Origin: an uncultured Planctomycetaceae bacterium
GTDB lineage: Bacteria; Planctomycetota; Planctomycetia; Planctomycetales; Planctomycetaceae
Direction of reading: 5' to 3'
Length of the DNA stretch: 64,000 nt
Assembly: GCA_964609845.1 (NCBI GenBank)
Contig: CAZSTW010000010.1
Coordinates: 8,423 to 72,422 of the forward strand
Shown: piece after piece, positions 17,776 to 27,955 of the stretch
How positions within the stretch are numbered: the first letter of the stretch is position 1
How the letters are laid out: every line of letters starts with the position of its first letter
Translations under genes and position numbers: made by a program
Notes under the pieces: model-generated
Told to the model about the DNA's origin: nothing
Seen by the model: the letters and a program-made list of their open reading frames with translations, nothing else
Database searches by the model: none

Positions 17776-20700
17776 ATGACGAATCGTCGCATCTGGCTTG
17801 TCGCGATGTTGCTTGCGGCGAGTCCTCTGTTTGCTCAGGATGACGATGACGAACAACCACCCGGACTGCGTGCCAGATACACCGTCGGCACGCTTTCTGT
17901 TGAACGGATTGACAGTGACATCGCGTTTCCCTGGTGCGACAAGGCTCCCGACGAACGACTGCCACCGGGTAAATTCCGCGCCCATTGGACCGGAACACTG
18001 TTGCTTCGCAGCGAAGAAAAGCACCAGTTCCATGCGTTTGTTCAGGGGCGTCTCAAGCTGGTGGTCAATGGTCAGGTGGTTCTGGAAGGGGCAAGCGATT
18101 CACCGCAGTGGATCAGCGGACCCGAAACGGCGTTGCCGTTTGGTGATCAATCCTTTGAACTGACATTTGAACGGACGGGCGACGCCGCGCAACTGAAGCT
18201 CTATTGGTCTTCTGGTGAATTTCCTCTCGAACCAGTTCCTTACCACGTTTTGTTTCAGACAAAGCCGTCGCCTGAGCTGGCGTTGATCGAGCAAGGACGC
18301 ATCCAGTACGAAGCTTTTCGTTGTGGCAATTGTCATGCAGTACCGGGTAACGATCCCGCGATCACGCGATCGACTTTGCCAGCACCTGCACTCGACCATG
18401 TCGGCTCTGGGACACGCCAAGACTGGCTGATCCGAAAGTTGACACAGCCGGGTGACGACCTCGCTGATCCAGCGGCAGATCAGGGAAAAATGCCCCATTT
18501 CGGATTCGCCCCGGCCGATGCTGAAGCAATCGTGGCAGTGCTGACTGCCAAAGCGATTCCGGTAGATTTGACTTCCCCGGCAAGACTCAAGGACTCCGAA
18601 CGGGAAAAAGATCGCCTGGCAGGCAGCACGTTGATACGGTCGATTGGTTGCCTGGCTTGTCATCACTGGAACAAACTCGGTGAATCAACCCCGTTTGGAG
18701 GAGGTTCACTGGACGACATCGTTCAGAAGCGGACGTATGACTGGGTCAACACATGGCTGGCCAACCCTGCCAGGTTGAATGCACAGCATCGAATGCCGAT
18801 CGTGACGCTGACCGACAAAGAACGCATGCAGATCGCCCTGGCTCTGACGGGCACAACGGCAGTCCCTGCAGCCCCTTCACCGTCAGCACCCAGCGAAGCA
18901 GTGCTGGCTCGGGGGACCAGCCTGATCGAAGCCGCCAGGTGTGCATCGTGTCACGAACTTCCAAAACTCAACATTGCCCCTCCGCAACTGTCGTCACTGC
19001 TTGGCGCTAAAGTCGATTGGGAACGTGGCTGCCTTCAGAAGCCAGATCGCGTAAAGTCCCGCCCGTCCTTTCCCTCTGTGAATGCGAATGCATTGAAGGC
19101 CTATCTCGCTTCATGGAGCGTTGCACCGGCATCGAGTGCAATTCCAGCGAATGTCGTAGATGGTCGTCGCATCCTGGAACGGAAAAGCTGCCTGGCTTGT
19201 CATGACCGTGACGCCACACGCGGGATCGCCAGGCTTGCAGCAGGGATCGCAAAAACAGACGAATCGCTTTCTGGTCAGCATATGACGTTGATCCCCCCCC
19301 GTTTGAATGCGGTTGGCGATCGCATGCATGATGCCGGGCTGGCAGAGGCCATCCGGGGTGACCAGAAATCGCCACGACTCAACTGGCTGCGAGTGCGCAT
19401 GCCGAAATTCTCTCATTCCCCGCAGGAGCAGCAGGGTCTGCTGGCGTATCTGATCGGGCACGATCGAATTCCCGCCGAGGGCCCCGCTCGGAAGACTCCA
19501 GTTGTTGCGAAGTCCGCAGACCCGCAGCGACTGCTCGCCGGGCGTGAATTGCTGGGCGGCAAGGGATTCAGTTGTATCGCCTGCCATGCAGTCAAGGATT
19601 ACACACCGAAGGTAACAGCGCTGGGGACTCGTGGTTCTAACCTGCACCTGATTGGCCAGCGAATGCGTACCGAGTACTACTTCCGGTGGACGCGGGCTCC
19701 GCTGCGGGTCATGCCGGGTGTTGAAATGCCAAACTATCAGCGTCCCCATGAATTCATCCTGCCGGGACAACTTGATCAGCAACTGAGTGCGATCTGGGAA
19801 GCTCTTAATGACCCGAATCTGACTGCCCCAACAAATCCTGCCGTCGTCGAACAATTCTTTTCGGTGGGCGAACATGATTTGCCACGCGTCGTGCGCGATG
19901 TCTTTACGGTTCCCGGTGTGGCTGAAGAAACAGTAGCGCGATCGTATGCCATCGGTCTGCCGGGTGGTCACTCGGTGCTGTTTGATCTTGAAAGTTGTTC
20001 GGTCCGCGGCTGGACCCTGGGCGATTTCGCGCGCCAGCGTTGCGAGGGAAAGCGATGGTATTGGGATCTGGCTGGGACAGTCATCGCGACTCGATTTGAT
20101 CCCCGACCGGAGATCCTTCTCGTTCACTCGAAGTCCAACGAGGTGATTGCACCGGAAACCGGTTGGACCGTGACCTGCCAACTGAAACGGGATGAACGCA
20201 ACACCCATAGCATCACGCTGGTCTATGACCTGCGATTTCAGAAGGGCCAGTCGACTCATCTGCTCAGTGATATCACGGACACTTTCAGCAACATCACGTC
20301 AAATGGAAGCGATGGCTGGCAGCGCCAGATTACCATCAAGCCGGGCGATACCTGGCCATGGCTGCGTAATGCCAGCCCAGCAACGATTGTCGAACATGCC
20401 CGCATCATCTCCAGCGGCACGAAGAATGACCGAATGGCGTCCCTGCCCGAGACATCTGTTCGGTTCACCGCAGGCCCCGGCAAGGATGTTGCCCTGGCCA
20501 CCGTTCAGTATCAGTCGGCATTGCGATGGCAGAATCCTCGTTTGAATCCCGCAACACCATTGATGAGTCGCAATGAGCCGATCACGTCGGTACCCGGTTT
20601 TCGCGGGCACAGGTTGCCACTTCCCCGGTCGATCATGCCAACGGCACTCACCTGGGACAGTCGCAATCGCCTGGTGTTTTCGTCCTTCAAAGGGCATGTC

Positions 20701-21947
20701 TACCGGTTGGATCGGTCGCAGAGTGGTGACGCGCCGCTGACTGCCATTGATGAAGGATTAGCGGCGCCGTACGGGATCATCGAAGTTCCTGTGGATCCAG
20801 ATAACCCTGCTGAAAAGGGCGCGCTGTTGATCGCTCACAAGCCGGAACTGCTGCGACTGAGTCTGGATTCAACGGGACGCGTTATTGGGCGCAAAGTCTT
20901 CGCGAGTGGTTGGGGAGTGACGGATGACTATCACGACTGGGCCTGCGGAATCGTCCGCGATTCGCGCGGCAATCTGTTTATCGGGCTGGGGAGTGATTAC
21001 ACCTTCAAGAATCGTCCGATCACACGATCTCGCTGGCGAGGTGACATTCTCAAGATCGATCCAAAGGGCGAGATTGAATCGATAGCGCGTGGCCTGCGAT
21101 ACCCGACCGGACTGACAATCGATGACCAGGATCGACTGTTTTGTACCGATCAGCAGGGGGTGCAGAATACATTCAATGAATTGAACTTCATTCAGGCAGG
21201 GCATCGCTATGGAGTCCCCAGCCGACACGAACCCGAACCAAGTGCGGCCGCAGATCCTCCAGCGATTCAGATCCCGACCCCTGGACGCGAAGCGTCAACG
21301 GCGTTGTCTGGGTCCCGAAATCCAGCAACGCAGGTCTGGCTCCAATCTCGGGCCACTTCCTGGCAGCAGAGATCAACAACCATGTGTTGATTCGAATGAG
21401 CCTGCAGACGGTGGGAAAGGTTGTTCAAGGTGCCGTGTATCCCTTCAGTCGACCTGCAAAGGAAGGGGATCTGTCGAACTTCGTCGGGCCGCTCTGCATC
21501 GGGATCAGTCCCGATGGAGAGGTCTATGTCGGTGGTCTGCAGGATGGAGGTTGGGCTGGCGGCTTGAATGTCGGTGAGATCGTGGCACTGACCCCATCAG
21601 GGTCGCTTCCAAACGGCATTCGCGAAATCCGGGCGACCCGTCAGGGGTTTGATATCGAATTCTTCCATCCCGTCGATCCAGCACTGGCCGCGCAATTGAA
21701 TCACTTCAGGATTTCGGGATACACCCGCGTCTGGAAGGGGGATTATGCGACTCCCGATACCGGTCATCATACGGCCGAGGTTCAATCCGCTGTGATCAGC
21801 CCCGATGGACGAACAGTTACTTTGACGGTCGCTGGGCGTCGTCCGGGATTCGTCTACGATATTTCCGTTGGAGACATCGGGACAGAATCCCAGCGATTGT
21901 TATGGCCTGCGATCGGCCATTTCACACTTCACAAGATTCCCGACTGA
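17776..21947 (+). pseudogene. Giant PA14 + five-CxxCH c-type cytochrome + beta-propeller (membrane-bound-dehydrogenase-like) protein, split by an apparent -1 frameshift near 21270-21282 (real lesion or assembly error)
   Basis: Signal peptide MTNRRIWLVAMLLAASPLFAQ and a PA14-like N-domain. Haem motifs CGNCH, CLACH, CASCH, CLACH, CIACH. The frame-1 product degenerates after ...HRYGVPSRHEPEP, while the frame opening at 21180 reads ...DPWTRSVNGVVWVPKSSNAGLAPISGHFLAAEINNHVLIRMSLQ... into the 21384-21947 ORF. Total length 4172 nt, which is 3n-1. Confidence 0.7.
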
Positions 21948-21972
21948 CTTCGCCCTGCAGGAACTTGAACCA

Positions 21973-22668
21973 ATGTCAAAATCATCACCTGGAACCATAC
22001 TGATTACGGGAGCGACACGGGGATGCGGGCGTTCCATGGTCGATCGATTTGTTGAAGCGGGACAGACCGTGATCGGGTGTGGGCGTTCGGAAGAACACCT
22101 CCAGGAATTGCGAAGCCTGTACGGTGCACCACATCGATTCGACCGGGTAGACGTTGCTGACGATGCCCAGGTTGCAGCATGGGCGCAAACAGTCCTGTCC
22201 GCCGGAATCGTGCCGGATCTGGTCTTGAACAATGCCGCAATCATAAACCAGACAGCTCCGCTGTGGAAAATCAGTGCGGAAGAATTCCAGCGCCTGATGA
22301 ATGTCAACGTGGTCGGCACGGCGAATGTCATTCGACACTTTGTCCCAGCCATGATTCAGAGGGGACATGGGGTGATCGTCAACTTCAGTTCCGGCTGGGG
22401 TCGCAGCACATCGCCCGAGGTCGCACCGTACTGTGCAACAAAGTACGCGATTGAAGGCCTGACACTGGCGCTGGCTCAGGAACTTCCCTATGGAATGGCA
22501 GCGATCCCGCTGAATCCAGGAATTATCAACACTGAAATGCTGCAGCTCTGTTGGGCCGATGGCGCGAACAGGTATCCCACGCCCGACCAATGGAGCCGGG
22601 TCGCGGTTCCGTTCCTGTTGTCGCTCGGTCCAAAAGATAACGGCGATTCGCTCAGCGTTCCGTTGTAG
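21973..22668 (+). CDS. SDR family oxidoreductase
   Basis: From the ATG at 21973: MSKSSPGTILITGATRGCGRS (TGxxxGxG), NNAAI, and YCATK (YxxxK). Confidence 0.85.
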   Translation: MSKSSPGTILITGATRGCGRSMVDRFVEAGQTVIGCGRSEEHLQELRSLYGAPHRFDRVDVADDAQVAAWAQTVLSAGIVPDLVLNNAAIINQTAPLWKISAEEFQRLMNVNVVGTANVIRHFVPAMIQRGHGVIVNFSSGWGRSTSPEVAPYCATKYAIEGLTLALAQELPYGMAAIPLNPGIINTEMLQLCWADGANRYPTPDQWSRVAVPFLLSLGPKDNGDSLSVPL

Positions 22669-22686
22669 TCCACTGGCAGGCGGCTT

Positions 22687-22921
22687 GAGCGCATCGTATT
22701 TAAGTGTGGCGTCCCGCGTCGGGTAGCCGGGACTGGACTGAGGCTTTGCGAAGGTAGGCCCGGGTCTTCGTGTGGAGCGCACATTCCGGGACTTCGCGAA
22801 GACGCTCCAGTCCCGGCCGCCCCCTAGGCAGCGCGCATCTCATTTAAGTGTGGCGTCCCGCAGGCATCAAACGACAGCGTCTAACCCCTGTTTCGACGCG
22901 ACACGGAAGAGCGACACGCAC
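22687..22921. mobile_element. Composite repeat: 32-bp partial left end of the 91-bp MITE, then a ~107-bp palindromic element, then full MITE copy 2 (22827-22921)
   Basis: GAGCGCATCGTATTTAAGTGTGGCGTCCCGCG (22687-22718) repeats the start of the full copy at 22827. Between them, CCGGGACTGGAC...CTTTGCGAAGG // CTTCGCGAAGAC..CTCCAGTCCCGG form an imperfect palindrome. Confidence 0.7.
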
Positions 22922-23310
22922 TAACAGAGTTCCGACATCACAATATCACCACGTGTGGAATCAACGATCGCGAAAATCTCTTTCTGTTCGCGATCCGGGA
23001 CTCCGAACTTGGTCAGGGTCTGCTGCAGGTCGTCCATGAAGGACAACCATTCTGCTGGTGTGATATCGAGGTGAATATGAGAATCCCTCATCGATCGCCC
23101 GGTGTATTTTTGCGGTCCCCCTGCAGCCCAGCAGACCTGTTCGGTGACCAGGTACTTGAATCCTGCTTTGGAAACCCGATGATGAGCTTCGTCGACTTTG
23201 GGGTTCGCATTCAGTCGCGGATCATCCATGATCCGATCGATGAAATCATCAACCACGGCAGCGATGGCATAAACTCCACCGAGACGTTCATACAGCGATG
23301 GTTCAGTCAT
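22921..23310 (-). CDS. glbN: Group 1 truncated haemoglobin (trHbN)
   Basis: MTEPSLYERLGGVYAIAAVVDDFIDRIMDDPRLN...FKYLVTEQVCWAAGGPQKYTGRSMRDSHIHLDIT has the 2-on-2 globin signature (LYERLGG, proximal His in MRxxH). A TTG alternative start at 23349 is possible. Confidence 0.85.
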   Translation of the reverse strand: MTEPSLYERLGGVYAIAAVVDDFIDRIMDDPRLNANPKVDEAHHRVSKAGFKYLVTEQVCWAAGGPQKYTGRSMRDSHIHLDITPAEWLSFMDDLQQTLTKFGVPDREQKEIFAIVDSTRGDIVMSELC

Positions 23311-23345
23311 AGGGTGTTCCACCTGCAGGTAATTCGGGAGAGACG

Positions 23346-24137
23346 TCAAATGCTGAAGTCTGTTGTACGGCCAAGCATTCGGTCGATCAATTCCTGCGGC
23401 AGATCAATCGCGAGCGAAGCACCGCTGGCCAGGTCCGAAGGATTGATACCGCAGTAAACTGACCATGGCCCCAGATGTCGCCAGCGACCAGCACGCTTCG
23501 GCTCGCCTGGCATGACAGGCGTTGTACACCGGTTGCAACTGATTGTTGAAAAGCCCTGGTAGTGCAGGGGATTCACAATGACCTGATTGTCGGCGATGTA
23601 CTGTTCCATCTGTTCGTCTGTAAAGTTTGCCAACGGGTTGACTCGTACGCAGTTCATCGCGGTATCCACAGACAGGATCTGGCAGCGACTGCGAGCTCCC
23701 CCTTCTGCCCGGCGCAGACTGCCAACCAGACAATCGTACTGGCCGCGCGCTTCATGCAGCGGGGCCGATTTCCGCATCTCGCAACATTCCTTCTGCCCTT
23801 CGGCAGACAGGTAAAGAATGCCGTACTGCTTCGTCTGTTCTTCCATGCTCAGCTTCGGCTGCAGCGTGATGACCTGCAGGTTGTAATCCCGTGCAATACG
23901 ATCGCGAGTATCCAGTGTTTCCTGAAAGTTGACTCCCGTATCGACGAACAGGACCGGCATATCAACCTTCAGGCGATTCAGCATATGGCAAATGACGCTG
24001 CCTGCCATCTGCATTGCCGAAAGGGCGGCGACTCGTTTACCAAAGATCGCCCCGGCCCATTGGAGCAACTCATCAGGAGTCCGGTCTTCAAATGCTTTAT
24101 TGAGTTCGGCCAGATCGGCCTGAGAAAATCGAGCCAT
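23346..24137 (-). CDS. cysH: Adenylyl-/phosphoadenylyl-sulfate reductase (PAPS reductase family, Fe-S type)
   Basis: [15 protein letters not shown] (PP-loop family), KECCEMRK and SCNRCT cysteine pairs, RAGRW...YCGI C-terminal motif. ATG at 24137; an upstream GTG at 24191 is an alternative start. Confidence 0.8.
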   Translation of the reverse strand: MARFSQADLAELNKAFEDRTPDELLQWAGAIFGKRVAALSAMQMAGSVICHMLNRLKVDMPVLFVDTGVNFQETLDTRDRIARDYNLQVITLQPKLSMEEQTKQYGILYLSAEGQKECCEMRKSAPLHEARGQYDCLVGSLRRAEGGARSRCQILSVDTAMNCVRVNPLANFTDEQMEQYIADNQVIVNPLHYQGFSTISCNRCTTPVMPGEPKRAGRWRHLGPWSVYCGINPSDLASGASLAIDLPQELIDRMLGRTTDFSI

Positions 24138-24202
24138 TCTTGATTCAACCCCACCGGAAAATTTAAAGGATGAAGGAAGTTTGTTGAGCACGCATCATTC
24201 GG

Positions 24203-25261
24203 TTACGGAGTGAAGTCGCTGGTTGCATCGACACTCAGGCAGAAACGTGCGATCAATTCTGCGGCCTGATCCAGGTCCGAAAGCGATACGATTTCGACCG
24301 GGCTGTGCATGTAGCGATTGGGAATGCAGACCAGTCCGGTGGCAACCCCGCCACGCGTCAATTGCAACTGTGCAGCATCGTTACTGGCGGCCGTGGCGAG
24401 TCCATTGATCTGGACGGGAATCTCGGCCGAACCGGCACGTTCGACCAGGCGATCAAAGACCACGGGATTCACATTGGGGCCACGATAAAGAACCGGCCCC
24501 TTTCCAATCTTGACCCGGCCAAACTGGTTCTCATCAATTGTCGGACAGTCGGTCGCGTGAGTGACATCAACGACGATCCCCAACTGAGGATCAATCTGGA
24601 ATGCGCTGGTCTGAACGCCACGCAATCCAATTTCTTCCTGGACCGTTGAGACGGCGAAGACGGCGGCCCGGGGATTACCACGATGGACCCGTTCCAGCGC
24701 GGACATCACCGTCCATGCTCCGACTTTATTGTCCATCCCGGGGGCTGCAGCCATCCCGTTCCGCATTTCGCGGAACCCCAGCGTGACAGTGATCGGGTCG
24801 CCGATATTCACAACCGATCGTGCGTCGTCGCCGTCTCGAGCAGCGATGTCGACCCACAGATTCTTGATCTCAGGCACGACCTTTCGGTCATCGGGTGACT
24901 GCAGGTGAATCGGCTTGCGAGCGATAACACCTGTGACGGGACCAGACTTGGTCCAGACCTGGACACTCTGTCCAATCAAGACCTGAGGGTCCCAGCCACC
25001 AATAGCGTGGACCCACAGAAATCCCTTGTCATCAATATGCTTGACGAGCAGACCGATTTGATCGCAATGGCCTGCCAGCATAATCCGCGGTGAGCCCTGA
25101 GGGTTGACGATGGCGGTGACGTTTCCATGCCAGTCCGTACGGACTTCGTCAGCAAATTCCTGAGCGTATCGGCGAACCACATCTTGCACAGGCCGCTCAT
25201 ACCCCGAGGGACTCGGGGCTTCCAGAAGTTGCTTCAGAAATTGCAATTGTGGTTCCAGCAT
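24203..25261 (-). CDS. M42 family metallopeptidase (glutamyl aminopeptidase/FrvX-like)
   Basis: LLEAPSPSGYE...IMLAGHCDQIGLLV...IGGWD...QEEIGLRG motifs. ATG at 25261 (the track's TTG at 25279 is an alternative). Confidence 0.85.
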   Translation of the reverse strand: MLEPQLQFLKQLLEAPSPSGYERPVQDVVRRYAQEFADEVRTDWHGNVTAIVNPQGSPRIMLAGHCDQIGLLVKHIDDKGFLWVHAIGGWDPQVLIGQSVQVWTKSGPVTGVIARKPIHLQSPDDRKVVPEIKNLWVDIAARDGDDARSVVNIGDPITVTLGFREMRNGMAAAPGMDNKVGAWTVMSALERVHRGNPRAAVFAVSTVQEEIGLRGVQTSAFQIDPQLGIVVDVTHATDCPTIDENQFGRVKIGKGPVLYRGPNVNPVVFDRLVERAGSAEIPVQINGLATAASNDAAQLQLTRGGVATGLVCIPNRYMHSPVEIVSLSDLDQAAELIARFCLSVDATSDFTP

Positions 25262-25646
25262 GGGCGATCCTTGGCTCAATCGGCTGACAGATGATGCGGC
25301 AAAAACGGAGCAAACACAAAAGATTTTCTTTGACGATCAGATTCGCGGAGTGTACTGTGCTTAAGCGACTCGAACCGGGATCTGCCGGACGGGTCCTTTC
25401 ATCGACGGATTCTCGGGCCACGAACGCTGAATAGGAGGCAGCCAGGATTATTGCAGGGATGCCCGCCTGATGAAACCTTAAACTCGAAGGGCCGTCGGAG
25501 GATCGGGCGACCATGAACCCATCAAAGTCCGCCACTCCAACTGTTTCAGTTGGACTGATGGCAAGGTTTTGTCGGTTTTCGCTCAGACATCGCAGAGACA
25601 GGATCGCATGCGAAGTCCGATTGCTCACTCTCAAGGAGGATGACAC

Positions 25647-25877
25647 ATGAGCACAGCGGTACTTGATACCCTTCCCCAGTCACTGGCGGAAAAGATCGAA
25701 CAGGCCGTTCAGGTACGTACCGGAGGCCGGATTCGTGGCTTGCAGGTCCGGATCAACAACAGTTCCATCGTGATCAGTGGTCGCGCCTCAAGCTATTACA
25801 ACAAACAACTGGTCACTCACGCCGTGATGGACGCCTGCAATGACCTCTCGGTGACGAACGAAGTCGAAGTGACCTAA
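25647..25877 (+). CDS. BON domain-containing small protein (76 aa)
   Basis: LQVRINNSSIVISGRASSYYNKQLVTHAVMDACNDLSVTNEVEV fits the BON pattern (V.V....V.L.G.V.S...K..A......V..V.N...V). AAGGAGG lies 8 nt upstream. Confidence 0.7.
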   Translation: MSTAVLDTLPQSLAEKIEQAVQVRTGGRIRGLQVRINNSSIVISGRASSYYNKQLVTHAVMDACNDLSVTNEVEVT

Positions 25878-25898
25878 GTTCTGCCAGGAAGCTGTCTA

Positions 25899-25916
25899 GT
25901 GCGTGTCGCACTTCCG
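25899..25916. repeat. Solo terminal fragment of the 91-bp MITE (right end, inverted orientation)
   Basis: TA (25897-98) then GTGCGTGTCGCACTTCCG, the reverse complement of the MITE right terminus. Similarity is lost after 18 nt. Confidence 0.6.
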
Positions 25917-26186
25917 CTCGTTTCTCTCGGCGGCACGCGATGAATGAATTCTGGTCGATTCGATGTAACTCATTTTATCCATGTGAGATACGTCGTCGAT
26001 ATGGGTTTTGGTTCAAGAACGGATGTCGGCCGACTGGTTTCGTCGCTGCGGCTACAGGCAGGCACCGTCATCCGCCATGAGCCATCAATCTGATATTGCC
26101 CGTTTTTGACTTCACAGGTATTCCACCAGCATCGGCAAATATTGCCGCTTGATGGAAAGCTCGGGATCAATAGCGGATCGGCAAGG

Positions 26187-26780
26187 ATGAGCCTGCGTGT
26201 GGATAAAATGTTGCCACAATGTGCCGGATCGAGAATCGGTCAGGTACTGGTGACGTTGTTGACCTGCCTGTTCTTCGCATCCATGGCATTTGCCGAGGAT
26301 GATTCGCCGCGCAAAGAGACGCGCGAATCTGCGGGCTCTATGAAGCTCCCACCCAGAAACATCCACGAGACGTCCAGCAAGCTCAAACCGAGTTCAACGG
26401 GTGGCGGACTTTGGACCACTCTCCTGTCGCTGTCAGCGATCGTTGGAACACTGGGCGTTATCGGCTACTTCGCAAAACCCTACCTGGGTACTCCTCGCGG
26501 GCTACCCATTGAAGCTTTGGAGCTGCTCGGGCGCCGTGCGATTGAGCAAAAAGTCGCAATTCATTTCATGCGTTGCGGAAACCGGGTGCTCGTTGTCGGA
26601 GTCTCACCCGAAGGCGCCCGAACACTCTCCGAGATCACCGATCCGGTTGAGGTTCAACGGCTGGTTGATGCCTGTCACACGCCGCCAGATTCAAAGTCGC
26701 TGTCATCATTGTTACCCGCTTTTGGCAGTTCGCGAAACGCACGCGCAACGTCCTCATTTGAGGACCCCCATCGTGGATAA
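26187..26780 (+). CDS. fliO: Flagellar biosynthesis protein FliO-like
   Basis: A TM segment ([21 protein letters not shown]) followed by [40 protein letters not shown], lying directly upstream of and overlapping fliP. Start uncertain (26187 or 26208). Confidence 0.55.
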   Translation: MSLRVDKMLPQCAGSRIGQVLVTLLTCLFFASMAFAEDDSPRKETRESAGSMKLPPRNIHETSSKLKPSSTGGGLWTTLLSLSAIVGTLGVIGYFAKPYLGTPRGLPIEALELLGRRAIEQKVAIHFMRCGNRVLVVGVSPEGARTLSEITDPVEVQRLVDACHTPPDSKSLSSLLPAFGSSRNARATSSFEDPHRG

Positions 26781-27669
26781 GCACCTGCTTATTCTGTCGG
26801 TGCTGCTCTGCGTGGCCCTGACGATCGATTCCGCGGTCGCTCAGGACCGTCCGTTCCGCGGGACTCGACCGTTTGAGGAACGAGTGATTCCGGACCGGCC
26901 CGAACGGCTTCCGAACGCCGGACCCGTGGAACCACTGTTGGGAACCAATGCCCCCGCAAGTCTGCAGATGACATCACCAGCGACTGTCGCAACATCGCTG
27001 AAGTTGCTCGTCGCTGTCACCGTGCTGGGACTGGTCCCGTCCATTCTGATGATGACCACCTGTTTCGTGAGATTTGCCGTTGTACTTGGGTTACTGCGTC
27101 AGGCACTGGGGACTCCCCAGGCGCTGCCGAATCAGGTGCTGACGGGTTTAGGAGTGTTCCTGACATTTCTGGTCATGGCCCCTATCTGGCAGCAGTGTTA
27201 CGACGATGGAATTCGCCCGTATACCAATCCTGCAAACGGAGAAAGCCCACTCGATGAAGCTGCAGCATTTCAGCGGACGGTTGGTCCACTGCGAGATTTC
27301 ATGGCGAAACAGATCGATCGCGCAGGGAATGCGGATGCCGTCTGGATGTTGATTGATTACCAGCGTCCTGACGAAAAGTCACCACTCGCATCCAGCTGGC
27401 GGGAACCGAAGAGTTACGACGACGTTCCCCTGAACATCCTGGCGCCAGCCTATCTTCTCAGCGAATTGAAGGTGGCTTTTCTGATCGGTTTTCAGATCTT
27501 CCTGCCGTTCATCGTCATTGACCTGGTGGTCGCATCACTGCTGACGAGCCTGGGTTTGAACATGCTGCCACCGTCGATGATCTCGCTGCCATTCAAGCTG
27601 CTGCTGTTTGTCTTGATTGATGGTTGGTTCCTGACCGTCGGAATGCTGCTGGAAAGCGTGCGATTGTAA
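26773..27669 (+). CDS. fliP: Flagellar type III export gate protein FliP
   Basis: GTG at 26773 overlaps the fliO stop. Signal-like N-terminus, then [51 protein letters not shown], the FliP/SctR signature. Confidence 0.9.
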   Translation: MDKHLLILSVLLCVALTIDSAVAQDRPFRGTRPFEERVIPDRPERLPNAGPVEPLLGTNAPASLQMTSPATVATSLKLLVAVTVLGLVPSILMMTTCFVRFAVVLGLLRQALGTPQALPNQVLTGLGVFLTFLVMAPIWQQCYDDGIRPYTNPANGESPLDEAAAFQRTVGPLRDFMAKQIDRAGNADAVWMLIDYQRPDEKSPLASSWREPKSYDDVPLNILAPAYLLSELKVAFLIGFQIFLPFIVIDLVVASLLTSLGLNMLPPSMISLPFKLLLFVLIDGWFLTVGMLLESVRL

Positions 27670-27935
27670 TGACACCTGATACTGCCATTGAACTCTGTCG
27701 CTCTGCTGTGATGCTGGCATTAATGCTATGCAGTCCACTGCTACTGGTCGCAGTCGCGATTGGCCTGGTCATGGGACTGCTTCAGGGACTGACACAGATC
27801 CAGGATGCATCCCTCACGTTCGTTCCACGCTTGATCGCTCTGGCGCTGGTCGTGGTATTGCTGCTCCCCTGGGGACTAAGTCTTCTGACGGGATATGCCG
27901 GCGACTTGATTCGTGGAATTCCTGGAACCATCTGA
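27669..27935 (+). CDS. fliQ: Flagellar export gate protein FliQ
   Basis: 89 aa: [60 protein letters not shown] overlap with fliP. Confidence 0.9.
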   Translation: MTPDTAIELCRSAVMLALMLCSPLLLVAVAIGLVMGLLQGLTQIQDASLTFVPRLIALALVVVLLLPWGLSLLTGYAGDLIRGIPGTI

Positions 27936-27955
27936 ACACGAGTGCTGCAACGCCC

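Noticed and set aside
25559-25573. Sigma-54-like element TGGCAAGGTTTTGTC upstream of the BON-fliOPQR cluster, and TGGCACCTGTGTTAAG at 57142-57157
   Set aside because: In both cases only the -24 half fits. The -12 GC is absent or mis-spaced, so both are too weak to call as promoters without transcription start site data.
25197-25646. 149-aa minus-strand ORF filling the 366-bp gap upstream of the BON gene
   Set aside because: It overlaps the 5' end of the M42 peptidase gene by ~65-80 nt in another frame, is Ser/Arg-rich and has no motifs. The gap is more likely a divergent promoter and leader region.
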